Origin: Candidatus Velthaea sp.
GTDB lineage: Bacteria; Vulcanimicrobiota; Vulcanimicrobiia; Vulcanimicrobiales; Vulcanimicrobiaceae
Assembly (NCBI GenBank): GCA_050012475.1
Contig: JBEKHC010000040.1
Span: 1-64,000 of the forward strand
Reading direction: 5' to 3'
Length of the DNA stretch: 64,000 nucleotides
Position numbers and translations under genes: made by a program. A model generated the notes under the pieces. It was not told the origin of the DNA, made no database searches, and was given only the letters and a program-made list of their open reading frames with translations. Positions 8,120-18,046 of this stretch are shown one piece after another. The first letter of the stretch is position 1, and each line of letters starts with the position of its first letter.

Positions 8120-9079
8120 CTAAACGACGGGCGTCAACAACGGACGTCCAGCAAAATGAGCGGCAAGGTTATCGCGCACGAGCTGCCCCATCGCCTTGCG
8201 GGTTTCGACCGTGCCGCTGGATTGATGCGGCTCGAGCAAAATGTTGTCCAGCGCCAAAAAACGCTCATCGATGTTCGGCTCGTTCCAAAAGACATCCAAG
8301 GCTGCCGCGGCGATGCGCTTTTCAGCCAGCGCGGCGATGAGCGCGTCCTGATCGACGACCGAGCCGCGCGCGACGTTGACAAAGAGCCCCGCCGGTCCCA
8401 ACGCCGCGAGCACGTCGGCGTTCACGATGTTGCGCGTGGCCTCTCCGCCCGAAACCGTCGCCACGAGAATGTCGCATGCTCGGGCCAGCGAGACCGGATC
8501 GGGGTAATAGGCAAGCTTCGAATCCAGCGCGGGCATCAGATCGCAATATGCCACGGTAACATCGAAGCCCGCAGCGCGGCACGCAACCGCGCGTCCGATG
8601 CGCCCGAATCCGATGATCCCCAACGTTTTCCCGTGCAGACTCGTGCCTAGCGGCAAATTCCTTTTCGGCCACGCTCCGGACCGAACGTGGGCGTCGCCGG
8701 CAACCACCTTGCGCAAACTGCCCAGCATGAGCGCAAACGCGAAATCGGCAACGTCTTCGGTCAGCACATCGGGCGTGTTGGTGACGCGAACGCCGCGTTC
8801 GGAGGCCCGCGTAAGGTCGATCGCGTCCGTGCCGACGCCATAACACGCGATGATCTCCAGCCGGGGCAAGCGATCGATGAGCGCGCTTGACGCACCGAGT
8901 TCGCCGCGCGTTGCAATCGCGCGCACGTGTGTCGAAATACGCTCGAGCAACGCCTCTTTGTTTTCGGCCAGCCAAAGTTTGTGCAGCGTGTAGGTGCTCT
9001 CCATCGGAGCCATGTCCCATTCCGGATAAGCACCGACCATTAGAACGTCTGGACTCGGCACGTTTGGCTCTCTTTTCAC
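8120..9079 (-). CDS. D-2-hydroxyacid dehydrogenase (possible 2-ketoaldonate reductase)
   Basis: VTNTPDVLTEDVAD, GIIGFGRIG, NVARGSVVD, LDVFWNEP; start may be a few codons downstream. Confidence 0.9.
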   Translation of the reverse strand: MKREPNVPSPDVLMVGAYPEWDMAPMESTYTLHKLWLAENKEALLERISTHVRAIATRGELGASSALIDRLPRLEIIACYGVGTDAIDLTRASERGVRVTNTPDVLTEDVADFAFALMLGSLRKVVAGDAHVRSGAWPKRNLPLGTSLHGKTLGIIGFGRIGRAVACRAAGFDVTVAYCDLMPALDSKLAYYPDPVSLARACDILVATVSGGEATRNIVNADVLAALGPAGLFVNVARGSVVDQDALIAALAEKRIAAAALDVFWNEPNIDERFLALDNILLEPHQSSGTVETRKAMGQLVRDNLAAHFAGRPLLTPVV

Positions 9080-9102
9080 GAACGCAACGGTGTTTGAGAA
9101 CA

Positions 9103-9132
9103 GATGTTATCGATAACATCCTGCTTTGGCAA
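9103..9132 (-). promoter_or_regulatory. GntR/IdnR-type operator overlapping leftward sigma70 promoter
   Basis: Perfect 18-bp palindrome GATGTTATCGATAACATC (9103-9120); minus strand TTGCCA-17-TAACAT. Confidence 0.8.
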
Positions 9133-9168
9133 GTCTTTTCCGCGAAAAATCCTCGCTGGCGGAATCCC

Positions 9169-9198
9169 TTGACAAAGCCACCATGTTATCGGTAACAT
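9169..9198 (+). promoter_or_regulatory. Promoter plus operator for idnO operon
   Basis: TTGACA(9169)-18-TAACAT; operator ATGTTATCGGTAACAT 9183-9198. Confidence 0.8.
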
Positions 9199-9242
9199 AG
9201 CCGGCAATCCGTGCGCGGTATTTTGGCGGGAAGGGAGCGGCG

Positions 9243-10019
9243 ATGGAGACTTCGATCGAACGCCTGTTCGGGCTGGCGGGCAACGTCGCGCTCGTCACCG
9301 GATCATCGGCGGGCATCGGCCTCGCCCTCGCACAGGGGCTCGCCGCCGCCGGCGCTCACCTCGTCATCAACGGCCGCGATGCGGCGAAGGTCGACGGCGT
9401 CGTCACCCAGCTGCGGGCAGCGGGCGCCCGCGTCGACGCGGCGCCGTTCGACGTCACCGATCCCCCCGCCATCAAAGCAGCCGTGCGACGCATCGAAGCG
9501 CAGATCGGGCCGATCGACATCCTCGTCAACAATGCCGGCATCCAGCGCCGCACGCCGCTCGAGGACTTTCCCGAGGCGACCTGGCGCGAAGTGATGCGCA
9601 CGAACCTCGACAGCGTCTTCTTCGTCAGCCAAGCCGTCGCGCAATTCATGATCCCGCGCAAACGCGGGCGCATCGTCAACATCGGCTCGGTACAGTGCGA
9701 ACTCGCGCGGCCGAACATCGCGCCGTACACCGCGTCTAAAGGCGGCGTGAAGATGCTGACCAAAGGCATGGCGACGGACTGGGGCAAGTACGGCATTCGC
9801 GCCAACGCCATCGGGCCCGGCTATTTCCGCACCGAACTCAATCAAGCGCTGGTCGACGACGAGAAGTTTTCCGCCTGGCTGACCGCGCGCACGCCGATGG
9901 GCCGCTGGGGCGACGTCGATGAACTCATCGGTGCCGCGATCTTTTTGGTCTCAAATGCCTCGAGCTTTGTGAACGGACACATGCTGTATGTCGATGGCGG
10001 CATCACTGCCTGCCTTTAG
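9243..10019 (+). CDS. idnO: Gluconate 5-dehydrogenase (SDR)
   Basis: TGSSAGIG, NNAGIQRR, ARPNIAPYTASKG, GPGYFRTELN. Confidence 0.9.
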   Translation: METSIERLFGLAGNVALVTGSSAGIGLALAQGLAAAGAHLVINGRDAAKVDGVVTQLRAAGARVDAAPFDVTDPPAIKAAVRRIEAQIGPIDILVNNAGIQRRTPLEDFPEATWREVMRTNLDSVFFVSQAVAQFMIPRKRGRIVNIGSVQCELARPNIAPYTASKGGVKMLTKGMATDWGKYGIRANAIGPGYFRTELNQALVDDEKFSAWLTARTPMGRWGDVDELIGAAIFLVSNASSFVNGHMLYVDGGITACL

Positions 10020-10557
10020 CGGCGGGCCGGCGCCCGCCGCCGTCGTCGTCATGGGAGTCTGCGGGGCGGGCAAAACGACCGTCGGATTGCGTTTAGCGGC
10101 CGTGCTCGGCGCGACGTTCGTCGACGGCGACGATCTGCATTCGCCCGCAGCACGCGCGAAAATGGCAGCGAGCATCGCGCTCGATGACGCGGACCGCTGG
10201 GCCTGGCTGGACCGCGTCGGCCAGCAGCTCGCTGCGGGCGTCGCGCAAGGCGAAGGAACGGTCATCGCCTGCTCGGCACTGCGTCGCGCCTATCGCGACC
10301 GGCTGCGCGCGGCCGCGGGTCCGGCGCTGCGCTTGATTTATCTGCAGGCCGAACTCGACGGCGTTCGCGCGCGCATCGCCGCACGAACCGGCCACGTTGT
10401 GCCGGCGTCTTTGGTCGAAAGTCAGTTTGCGCTGCTCGAGCCGCCGTATGCGGAGCCTGACGTCATCAGCATGCCGTTCGACGCCGACCTGTCGCGCGCG
10501 CTGCCGGTGCTCGCCGCGCGCTTGACGCGTCCGCCGATCGGCCGCATCGAATGGTGA
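9988..10557 (+). CDS. idnK: Gluconokinase (GntK/IdnK type)
   Basis: MGVCGAGKTT P-loop, DGDDLH, DDADRWAWL, ACSALRRAYRD, SQFALLEPP. Confidence 0.9.
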   Translation: MSMAASLPAFSGGPAPAAVVVMGVCGAGKTTVGLRLAAVLGATFVDGDDLHSPAARAKMAASIALDDADRWAWLDRVGQQLAAGVAQGEGTVIACSALRRAYRDRLRAAAGPALRLIYLQAELDGVRARIAARTGHVVPASLVESQFALLEPPYAEPDVISMPFDADLSRALPVLAARLTRPPIGRIEW

Positions 10558-11459
10558 ACGACGCCGGCGCGCCGGCCGTTGCCGTCGTCGGCGCCGGAGT
10601 GATGGGCAACGCGATCGCGACGCGCTTGCTCGAGACGGGCTGCGCGGTCGCCGTCTACGATCTCGACCGCGAGAAGGTGAACGCGCTGGTTGCAAAAGGC
10701 GCGCGGGCGGCGATCAGTGCGGCCGATGCGGCGCACGCAGCAACGTTTGTGATTACGAGTCTGAACTCCGCAAAAATCATCGAGCGCGCAATCTTCGGCG
10801 AGAACGGAATCGCCGGCGGCGCGAACGCGAGCACGCTGCTCATCGACATGTCGTCGATCGATCCCGACGCGACCCGCGTTCTTGCTGCACGGCTGGGCGA
10901 TCTTTGCGGTGCGCGCTGGATCGACTGCCCGCTCTCCGGGGGCGCACCGGGCGCGCTCGCCGGCCGCCTGACCGTGATGGCCGGGGGCTCGGCGGAAGAA
11001 TTCGAGCGCGCGCGTCCGGTCATGAGCCGGCTGACGGCCAACTATTCGCTCATGGGTCCGCTGGGCGCCGGCCAGGCGACCAAACTCGTCAATCAGGTCT
11101 TGTGCGCGATCGGATTTCAAGCGGTGGCCGAGGCGGTGGCCTTGGCGGAGCGGGCCGGCGTCGCAGCGGACCGCATTCCGGCGGCGCTGGCCGGCGGGCG
11201 GGCGGATTCGCGCATTTTGCAAGAGTTCGGGGCCAAGATGGCGCGCCGCGATTACTCGCCCACCGGCCGCCTGGACAACATGCTCAAGGATCTCGACGGG
11301 GTTCAGGCGCTGGCGCAAGCGACCGGCACGCCGATGCCGGTCACCGACCTCGTGGCGGCGATCCATCGCCGTTTCGTAAGCGCCGGGCAGGGCGCCGACG
11401 ACAACGCGGCCCTGATGCGCCAATTCGATGAACCGGGCGCGAAACCGGCAGAGCGCTAA
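10551..11459 (+). CDS. Beta-hydroxyacid dehydrogenase family oxidoreductase
   Basis: GAGVMG, DCPLSGG, GQATKLVNQ, KDL motifs. Confidence 0.9.
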   Translation: MVNDAGAPAVAVVGAGVMGNAIATRLLETGCAVAVYDLDREKVNALVAKGARAAISAADAAHAATFVITSLNSAKIIERAIFGENGIAGGANASTLLIDMSSIDPDATRVLAARLGDLCGARWIDCPLSGGAPGALAGRLTVMAGGSAEEFERARPVMSRLTANYSLMGPLGAGQATKLVNQVLCAIGFQAVAEAVALAERAGVAADRIPAALAGGRADSRILQEFGAKMARRDYSPTGRLDNMLKDLDGVQALAQATGTPMPVTDLVAAIHRRFVSAGQGADDNAALMRQFDEPGAKPAER

Positions 11460-11538
11460 CGCCCGCAGGTTCGGACGGCCATTTGCCGCCGGACGAAAGA
11501 AATGCCCACGTTAGCCGCCAGGTGTGCCCGAAACCCCC

Positions 11539-11567
11539 TTGCAAAACGCCGATGTTATCGATAACAT
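11539..11567 (+). promoter_or_regulatory. Promoter plus operator for ABC transporter operon
   Basis: TTGCAA(11539)-17-TAACAT; operator GATGTTATCGATAACAT 11551-11567. Confidence 0.8.
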
Positions 11568-11607
11568 TACCACCACGGCAACGCTTCGGCGCCGATTGGA
11601 GACAGCA

Positions 11608-13128
11608 ATGTCCGACGAACAACCGGTTTCATCAGAAGCCCTCATTCGCTTTAGCGATGTCGCCAAGAGTTTTGGCGGGGTAATGGCGCTGCGCGGCGTG
11701 ACGCTCGATCTGCGCGCCGGCGAAATCCTCGCGTTGCTGGGCGAAAATGGCGCCGGCAAGTCGACGCTCATCAAAATTTTGGCCGGCATCTACGACCCGA
11801 CGCGCGGCGGCATCCTGTATCGCGGGAAGCCGTACAAGCATCGTCCGCCGCGGTTCGGTCAGCGCCAGCCGGTGGCGTTCATCCACCAAGATCTCGGTCT
11901 CATCGAGTGGATGACGATCGCCGAGAACATCGGCTTGGCCACCGGATTCCCGCGCAAGTACGGCGTCATCGATTGGGCGGCCGTCGAGCGCGCGACCGAA
12001 CGCGCCTTGGCGCAAGTCGACTGCCCGGTCGACCCGACCACGCGCGTGCGCGATCTGACGCGCACGGAAAAGTCGCTGGTCGCCATTGCCCGCGCGCTGA
12101 GCGTCGAGTCGGATGTGCTCGTCCTCGACGAGCCGTCGGCGTCGCTGCCGGCGGACGAAGTCCATCGCCTCTTCGATGCGCTGCGGCCGCTCAAAGCACG
12201 CGGCGTCGGCATGATCTACGTCTCCCACCGCCTCGACGAAGTCTTCGAGATCGCCGACCGCATCGCCGTGCTGCGCGATGGCGCGCTGGTGGGCGAACGC
12301 ACCGTGGCCCAAACGAATCCGCAAGAGTTGGTCTCCTTGATCGTTGGCCGGACGCTGGATCGCTACGAGAACGTGCGCCAATCGTGGAAGGGCGCGGTTC
12401 GCGTCGAGGCCCGCGATCTCACCGTCGAAGATGTCGGCCCCGTCAGCTTTCAAGTTGCGCAGGGAGAAATCGTCGGACTCGTCGGCTTACGCGGCGCGGG
12501 TCACGAGCGCGTTGGGCGAGCGCTGTTCGGTGCACTGCCGTTCTCCGGAACGCTGCAATTGGACGGCGCTCCCGTGGCCTTTGAAACGCCGGCGGAAGCG
12601 ATGCACGCGGGTATCGGTCTCATCGCCCGCGACCGGGTCGAAGAGTCGACCTTGAGCGGACTGTCGATCCGCGAAAACACGTTCGCCAATCCCGATGCCT
12701 GCGGCCGCAACCTGCTGTCGTTGCTCTCGCCGCAGCGCGAGGGCGAGCGCGCGCGTGTGATCGGCACGCGCGTCGGCCTCAAACCCAACGAACCCGAATT
12801 GCCGATCGAAGCGTTGTCCGGCGGCAATCAGCAAAAAGTCATCGTCGGGCGCTGGCTTGAAGTCGCGAAGCGTTTGCTCATCGCCGAGGATCCGACAGCC
12901 GGCGTCGACGTCGGCGCAAAAGCCGAGATTTACCGGCTGCTCGAAGCGGCACTCGAAAGCGGCCTCGGCGTCGTCGTCGTGTCGACGGACTTCGAGGAGG
13001 TCGCGCGGCTGTGCCATCGCGCCCTCGTCTTTTCGCGCGGACTGATCGTCGCCGAATTGGCGGGCGCGGACCTGCGAGTCGAACAACTCATTCATGCCGC
13101 TTCGGTCGCGGTCACCGCGGTCGCCTAA
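11608..13128 (+). CDS. Sugar ABC transporter ATP-binding protein (CUT2, two NBDs)
   Basis: GENGAGKST, LDEP, SHRLDE, LSGGNQQK; start set to ATG 11608 after GGAG and the operator. Confidence 0.95.
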   Translation: MSDEQPVSSEALIRFSDVAKSFGGVMALRGVTLDLRAGEILALLGENGAGKSTLIKILAGIYDPTRGGILYRGKPYKHRPPRFGQRQPVAFIHQDLGLIEWMTIAENIGLATGFPRKYGVIDWAAVERATERALAQVDCPVDPTTRVRDLTRTEKSLVAIARALSVESDVLVLDEPSASLPADEVHRLFDALRPLKARGVGMIYVSHRLDEVFEIADRIAVLRDGALVGERTVAQTNPQELVSLIVGRTLDRYENVRQSWKGAVRVEARDLTVEDVGPVSFQVAQGEIVGLVGLRGAGHERVGRALFGALPFSGTLQLDGAPVAFETPAEAMHAGIGLIARDRVEESTLSGLSIRENTFANPDACGRNLLSLLSPQREGERARVIGTRVGLKPNEPELPIEALSGGNQQKVIVGRWLEVAKRLLIAEDPTAGVDVGAKAEIYRLLEAALESGLGVVVVSTDFEEVARLCHRALVFSRGLIVAELAGADLRVEQLIHAASVAVTAVA

Positions 13129-13138
13129 GGATACGACG

Positions 13139-14242
13139 ATGGCATCTTCAGTGAAGTCAACAGCGCTCGAACCGACACGCGTCGAACTCGCCGGTCTGGA
13201 CGTTTGGTCGCGCGCGCGGCGACTGGCACCAACGTACGGACTGGTCATTCTCACGATCCTGCTCGCGCTGCTGTTCAGCATTTTGCTGCCGCAAACGTTT
13301 CCCACGCTGCTGAATCTGCGCTCGATCATCGCCGACAAGGCCATCATCGCGATCTTGTCGCTCGGCGTGATGATCCCGATGGCGACCGGCAAGATCGACT
13401 TGACCGTCGGTTACGGCATCGTGCTGTGGCATATTCTGGCGATCGGCTTACAAACCAATCTCGGCGTTCCGTGGCCGCTGGCGGTCCTGACCGTCTTGGC
13501 CCTGGGCGCCGCGGTCGGCTTCCTCAACGGCATCCTCGTCGAAATCGCGCAGATCGACTCGTTCATTGCGACGCTGGGCACCGGCACGATCCTGTACGCG
13601 CTGGCCATGTGGTATAGCGGCGGGCGGCAGGTCATCGGCGTTGCTCCAGACGCGTTCTACGCACTCAACGGCGCCCAACTTTTCGGGCTGCCGATCACCG
13701 GTTTCTACGTGCTCGCAATCGCCGTCGCACTCTGGATCGCGCTCGAATACCTACCGATCGGACGGTATTTCTACGCGATCGGCGCTAACCCCAAAGCCGC
13801 CGCCCTCAACGGCGTTCCGGTCCGCACGTACACGATCTTCGCCTTCGTCGCTTCGGGATTGCTGACCGCGTTCGCGGGCGTGCTGCTGGCGGCGAAACTG
13901 CACATCGGCCAAGCCAGCGTCGGGCTCGAGTATCTGTTGCCCGCACTCGTAGGCGCGTTCCTCGGTTCGACCACGATCAAGCCCGGACGCGTCAACGTTT
14001 GGGGGACGGTCGTCGGCGTGACGATCCTGGCAATCGGAATCTCCGGCATTCAGCAATTCGGCGCGATGTTCTTCGTTGAGCCGATGTTCAACGGCGCGAC
14101 ACTGCTCATCGCTATCGGTATCGCGGCCTATGCCCAACGGCGGCGCGTCGTCGGCCCGCCGCCCACGCCCGCGCCAACGGCGCAAAACCCCGACGGCCCC
14201 GACGGCCCCACCGCAATTCTTCCTACAGGAGCCCAAGCATGA
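13139..14242 (+). CDS. Sugar ABC transporter permease
   Basis: GKIDLTVG, SFIATLG, YAIGANPKAA; multi-TM. Confidence 0.95.
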   Translation: MASSVKSTALEPTRVELAGLDVWSRARRLAPTYGLVILTILLALLFSILLPQTFPTLLNLRSIIADKAIIAILSLGVMIPMATGKIDLTVGYGIVLWHILAIGLQTNLGVPWPLAVLTVLALGAAVGFLNGILVEIAQIDSFIATLGTGTILYALAMWYSGGRQVIGVAPDAFYALNGAQLFGLPITGFYVLAIAVALWIALEYLPIGRYFYAIGANPKAAALNGVPVRTYTIFAFVASGLLTAFAGVLLAAKLHIGQASVGLEYLLPALVGAFLGSTTIKPGRVNVWGTVVGVTILAIGISGIQQFGAMFFVEPMFNGATLLIAIGIAAYAQRRRVVGPPPTPAPTAQNPDGPDGPTAILPTGAQA

Positions 14243-15345
14243 ATAAGTTCTCGCGCCTTTGGCTGTTGACCGGCGCCGCATCGCTCGCGCTCGGGTCGGC
14301 CGCGCGCGCCGATGATTACGTCAACATGGCGACCAAGGCGGCCAACACGGCTACCGCTCGGGCCTCAACGTGGGATGGCCCGACGACCGGGCCCAAAGCC
14401 GCGGCCGGCAAGAAAATCGTGTTCGTCGCCGGCGATCTGAAAAACGGCGGCATCCTCGGTGCATCCGAAGGCGTCAAAGAAGCGGCGAAGGCCATCGGCT
14501 GGACCGTCACCATCATCGACGGCCAAGGCTCGGTCTCGGGCCGCACCTCGGCGATGAGCCAAGCCTTGACGCTGAAGCCGGACGGCATCATCGCCGGCGG
14601 TTTCGACACCAACGAGCAGAAAGTCGCCTTCGAAACCGCAGCGAAGTCGGGCGCCGCCATCGTCGGATGGCACTCGGGCACCAAGGCCGGTCCCGAACCC
14701 GAAGCCGGCATCTTCGCCAATGTCTCCACGTCTCCCAAAGACGTCTCCGACACCGCGGCCTATCAGGCAATCAAGGAGTCCGGCGGCAAGGCCGGCGTGG
14801 TGATCTTCACCGACTCGCAGTTCGAGATCGCCGTATTCAAAGCCAAAGCAATGGAAGCCGCAATCAAAAAGTGCTCGGGCTGCACGGTGCTCGAGTACGT
14901 GGATAGCCCGATCGCCGAATCCTCACAGCGCATGCCGCAGCTGACTACCACGCTGTTGCAGAAATATGGCGACAAGTGGACGCACTCGCTGGCGATCAAC
15001 GATCTCTATTTCGATTTCATGGGACCCTCGCTCTCCGCAGCCGGGAAAAAGGGCGACGGCGCACCCCGCGCGATCTCTGCGGGCGACGGCTCGGAATCGG
15101 CGTTCCAACGCATTCGCGCCAAACAGTATCAAGCCGGAACCGTGCCTGAACCGCTCAACATGCAAGGCTGGCAACTCGTCGACGAGCTGAACCGGGCGTT
15201 CAACAAGGCGAAGTGGTCGGGCTACATCTCGAAGATCCACTTGGTGACCGCCGACAACGTCGCCTATGACGGTGGCGACAAGAACATCTTCGACCCCGGC
15301 AACGGCTATCGGGACCACTACAAGACGATCTGGGGCGTCAAGTAA
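14239..15345 (+). CDS. Sugar ABC transporter substrate-binding protein
   Basis: Signal peptide (ARA), RbsB-like pattern, ATGA overlap. Confidence 0.9.
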   Translation: MNKFSRLWLLTGAASLALGSAARADDYVNMATKAANTATARASTWDGPTTGPKAAAGKKIVFVAGDLKNGGILGASEGVKEAAKAIGWTVTIIDGQGSVSGRTSAMSQALTLKPDGIIAGGFDTNEQKVAFETAAKSGAAIVGWHSGTKAGPEPEAGIFANVSTSPKDVSDTAAYQAIKESGGKAGVVIFTDSQFEIAVFKAKAMEAAIKKCSGCTVLEYVDSPIAESSQRMPQLTTTLLQKYGDKWTHSLAINDLYFDFMGPSLSAAGKKGDGAPRAISAGDGSESAFQRIRAKQYQAGTVPEPLNMQGWQLVDELNRAFNKAKWSGYISKIHLVTADNVAYDGGDKNIFDPGNGYRDHYKTIWGVK

Positions 15346-15457
15346 CCTTCGCCGGCCAAGATCCGAGGGAACCCACGCGGCTGCGCGGTCTGGCATCGCG
15401 CAGCCGCTTTTTCTGCCACGCCGCTTCTGCGGCGCGGCGCGATCAAGGGAACGCAAG

Positions 15458-15808
15458 ATGTTCAAGCGGTTAGCCTTTTTTGAAGGATCGATCACTCCGG
15501 GCCGTGAGGCGGAATTCGACGCCTACGTCAACGAGCGTCTCGTCCCGCTTTGGACGCGCTTTCCAGGCGCCGTCCGGGTGGAAACGCTGCGCGAGGTCGA
15601 AGCGGACGATGGCTCGCATTCGTATCCGCTGGTGTTGGAGACCACCTATTGCAGCCGCACGGCAATCGAAGCGGCACTCGCCTCGAAGGTTCGGTTCGAG
15701 AGCAGAGAAGTGACCAAAGGTTTGCTGGCCATGTTCGAGGGCCGCGTATTCCACGTCGTGTATGCGCTCCACGAACACCACGCTGTTGAAGAGCGCCAAG
15801 CGGGATGA
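15458..15808 (+). CDS. EthD-like dimeric alpha+beta barrel protein
   Basis: MFKRLAFFEG...EFDAYVNERLVPLWTRFPG...IEAALAS pattern; AAGGGA RBS. Confidence 0.6.
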   Translation: MFKRLAFFEGSITPGREAEFDAYVNERLVPLWTRFPGAVRVETLREVEADDGSHSYPLVLETTYCSRTAIEAALASKVRFESREVTKGLLAMFEGRVFHVVYALHEHHAVEERQAG

Positions 15809-15812
15809 TACG

Positions 15813-16730
15813 TTACGGCGCGCACCAGCCCGCCGCGTGGGTGTTCAGGTAGATCGCGTAGAGCGACGTTTGCGCGGTGATGTAGAGTCGATTGCGCCGT
15901 GCGCCGCCGAAACAAAGATTCGATACCAGTTCGGGCACCCAGATGCGGCCGATCAACGTGCCGTCCGGTGCGTATGCGCGCACGGAATCCGCGCTCGACG
16001 CCCAAAGGTTGCCGTGCCAATCGATGCGGAAGCCGTCGAAAAAGCCGTTTTCGCACACGGCGAATACGCCGCTCGACGTAACGGAGCTGCCGTCTGCAGC
16101 GACGCGGTACGCGTAGATTGCGCGCGGCGTTTCGGGCACGTGCGTTTCCCCGGTGTCGGCAACGTACAGCGTCGTTTCGTCCGGTGAAAAAGCGAGACCG
16201 TTGGGCCGAATCAAGTCGCTTACAACGGCTGTCAGCGAACCCGTGTCGGGCTGCAGCCGGTAGACGCGCGACGCGCCGATTTCGCTCGGCGCGAGCGTGC
16301 CTTCGTAGTAGCCGTCGATGCCGTAGGTTGGGTCCGAAAACCAAATCGACCCGTCCGACTTGACGATCACGTCGTTGGGCGAATTGAGTTGCTTGCCGTC
16401 GAAATGCGTCGCGAGCGCGCGCCAGACACCGTCGTGGTCGAGCCGGGAAATGCGACGCCCGGCATGCTCGCAGGCAACGACCCGGCCGGCGCCGTCGAGC
16501 GCGTGACCGTTTTGATAGCCGAGCCCCTTCGCGAACACGCTGACCGATTCGTCATCCTCGACCAAGCGCAGAACGCGATCGTTGGGAATATCCGACCAGA
16601 GCACGTGCCGCGCCGCCGGAACATAGACCGGTCCCTCGGCCCAACGAGACCCCGTCCAAAGGCGTTCGAGCTTCGCATGCCCGATGATGAGTTTCTTGAA
16701 GCGCTCGTCGTGAAGTTCATAGTCGCCCAT
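15813..16730 (-). CDS. SMP-30/gluconolactonase family lactonase
   Basis: WAEGPVY, WSDIPN, LNSPND, PNGLAFSPD, DGFRID. Confidence 0.95.
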   Translation of the reverse strand: MGDYELHDERFKKLIIGHAKLERLWTGSRWAEGPVYVPAARHVLWSDIPNDRVLRLVEDDESVSVFAKGLGYQNGHALDGAGRVVACEHAGRRISRLDHDGVWRALATHFDGKQLNSPNDVIVKSDGSIWFSDPTYGIDGYYEGTLAPSEIGASRVYRLQPDTGSLTAVVSDLIRPNGLAFSPDETTLYVADTGETHVPETPRAIYAYRVAADGSSVTSSGVFAVCENGFFDGFRIDWHGNLWASSADSVRAYAPDGTLIGRIWVPELVSNLCFGGARRNRLYITAQTSLYAIYLNTHAAGWCAP

Positions 16731-16788
16731 CGAAGACTTCGTCCTCCGGCTATCTCGATAAACGGCGTTGCACCGCGGTTATAACGAA

Positions 16789-17073
16789 ATGCGCGGCCGT
16801 GTCAAAACGCTGTCGCTCATCGATACCGCGCGTCTCAACGAATATCTTTGCGACGTCCGTATTCGCTGCGATTCATCGGATGCGGACACAGCGCTTCGGT
16901 CGGCGGCTGCCCAACATCTCCCGCGGTGTTCGCCATGCTTGGCATTTCGCGGCGCGGTTCGCTGCGGCGTTTGCCTCCCGTGCCTGGAACGCAATGCGGC
17001 GGTGATGCAGATCGTGCTCGACCGGGCTGGGCCGGAGCAGCGCGGCTGGTACGCGAACCCGGTGGAACGCTGA
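16789..17073 (+). CDS. Hypothetical Cys-rich small protein
   Basis: CxxC...CxxCxxC cluster; no recognisable family. Confidence 0.35.
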   Translation: MRGRVKTLSLIDTARLNEYLCDVRIRCDSSDADTALRSAAAQHLPRCSPCLAFRGAVRCGVCLPCLERNAAVMQIVLDRAGPEQRGWYANPVER

Positions 17074-17220
17074 GGGCCCGTACGCTCGTTGGACGGCGCC
17101 GGCGAGCCGACCCCAGCGAACCTCGGTCTGAACCCAGCGGCCTTAGGAGCAGCTCGCGTTCCGGCGCGCTCGTGCCGATGATGAGGAAGGCTCATGTTTT
17201 CTCGATGCGGAGGAACCGCA

Positions 17221-17418
17221 GTGAACCTCGGCTCCGTCCGCCGCGTGAAGCTGATGTTGCGGGCGTTCCGGAGCGCTGTCCTCAATCGGCTCGTGGCAGA
17301 ATATCCCGAAGATGTTTGCTGGGATTGCGAGCACTTGAAGGTTGCCCACGCGACAAACGGCTGCACGCGCGCCGGCTGCGGTTGCTTGCGTTCCTATCCG
17401 CAGGAGGCGGCGCCTTAG
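17221..17418 (+). CDS. Small putative zinc-binding protein
   Basis: GGAGGA RBS before GTG; CWDCEHLKVAHATNGCTRAGCGC. Confidence 0.55.
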   Translation: MNLGSVRRVKLMLRAFRSAVLNRLVAEYPEDVCWDCEHLKVAHATNGCTRAGCGCLRSYPQEAAP

Positions 17419-17485
17419 CCGAACGTTCCCGTTCTTTCGGAGCATCGCGCGCCGCAAGCGGACCAGAGCGTTCCTTTGCGAGCGC

Positions 17486-17785
17486 TCAGGGCTGCTTCCG
17501 CATCGAGAACAATGAGTTCATCTGCTCAAACGCTTCGCCGGTGTCTTCGTTGACGACAAACAACCTCAGGGTACCGCCGATCGGTCCAAAGTTGCGCTTG
17601 AGCCAGCTTAGCGCGTCCGGGGCGTACGTTTCCGCACCGGCCCGCGTGTAGAATTGCTTCCCGACGTCGAGCTTGACTCGCTTGACTTTTCGTTCAAGCG
17701 CCTGCGGCGCATGCTCTTCCGCCGTGTCGACGACGACGACTTTCCGTTCGACCGGGTACGAATGTTCATAATAAAAGGCGAACAT
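17486..17785 (-). CDS. Hypothetical protein
   Basis: 99-aa ORF with protein-like composition. Confidence 0.55.
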   Translation of the reverse strand: MFAFYYEHSYPVERKVVVVDTAEEHAPQALERKVKRVKLDVGKQFYTRAGAETYAPDALSWLKRNFGPIGGTLRLFVVNEDTGEAFEQMNSLFSMRKQP

Positions 17786-18046
17786 GCCGTCGTCTCAAGC
17801 GCGGGGCCGCAATTCCCAACTTGATTTCGGCGACCGGCGATCCGTTCCCGTCCAAGGGTCTCCGTCACGCCGGTCGCCTCCCGCAGACCGGCCTTGCTCG
17901 CACACCTAAGGGATGCTCTGATTTAGCCCTGGACGTCGTCGCTACACGGCTCATTTGCTGAAGCAAACTTCGCCGCTATGCTCCTCGCCAGGACGAAATC
18001 AGAGCATCCCAAGAGAGAACTCCAACGAGAGAACTCCTGGAAATCT

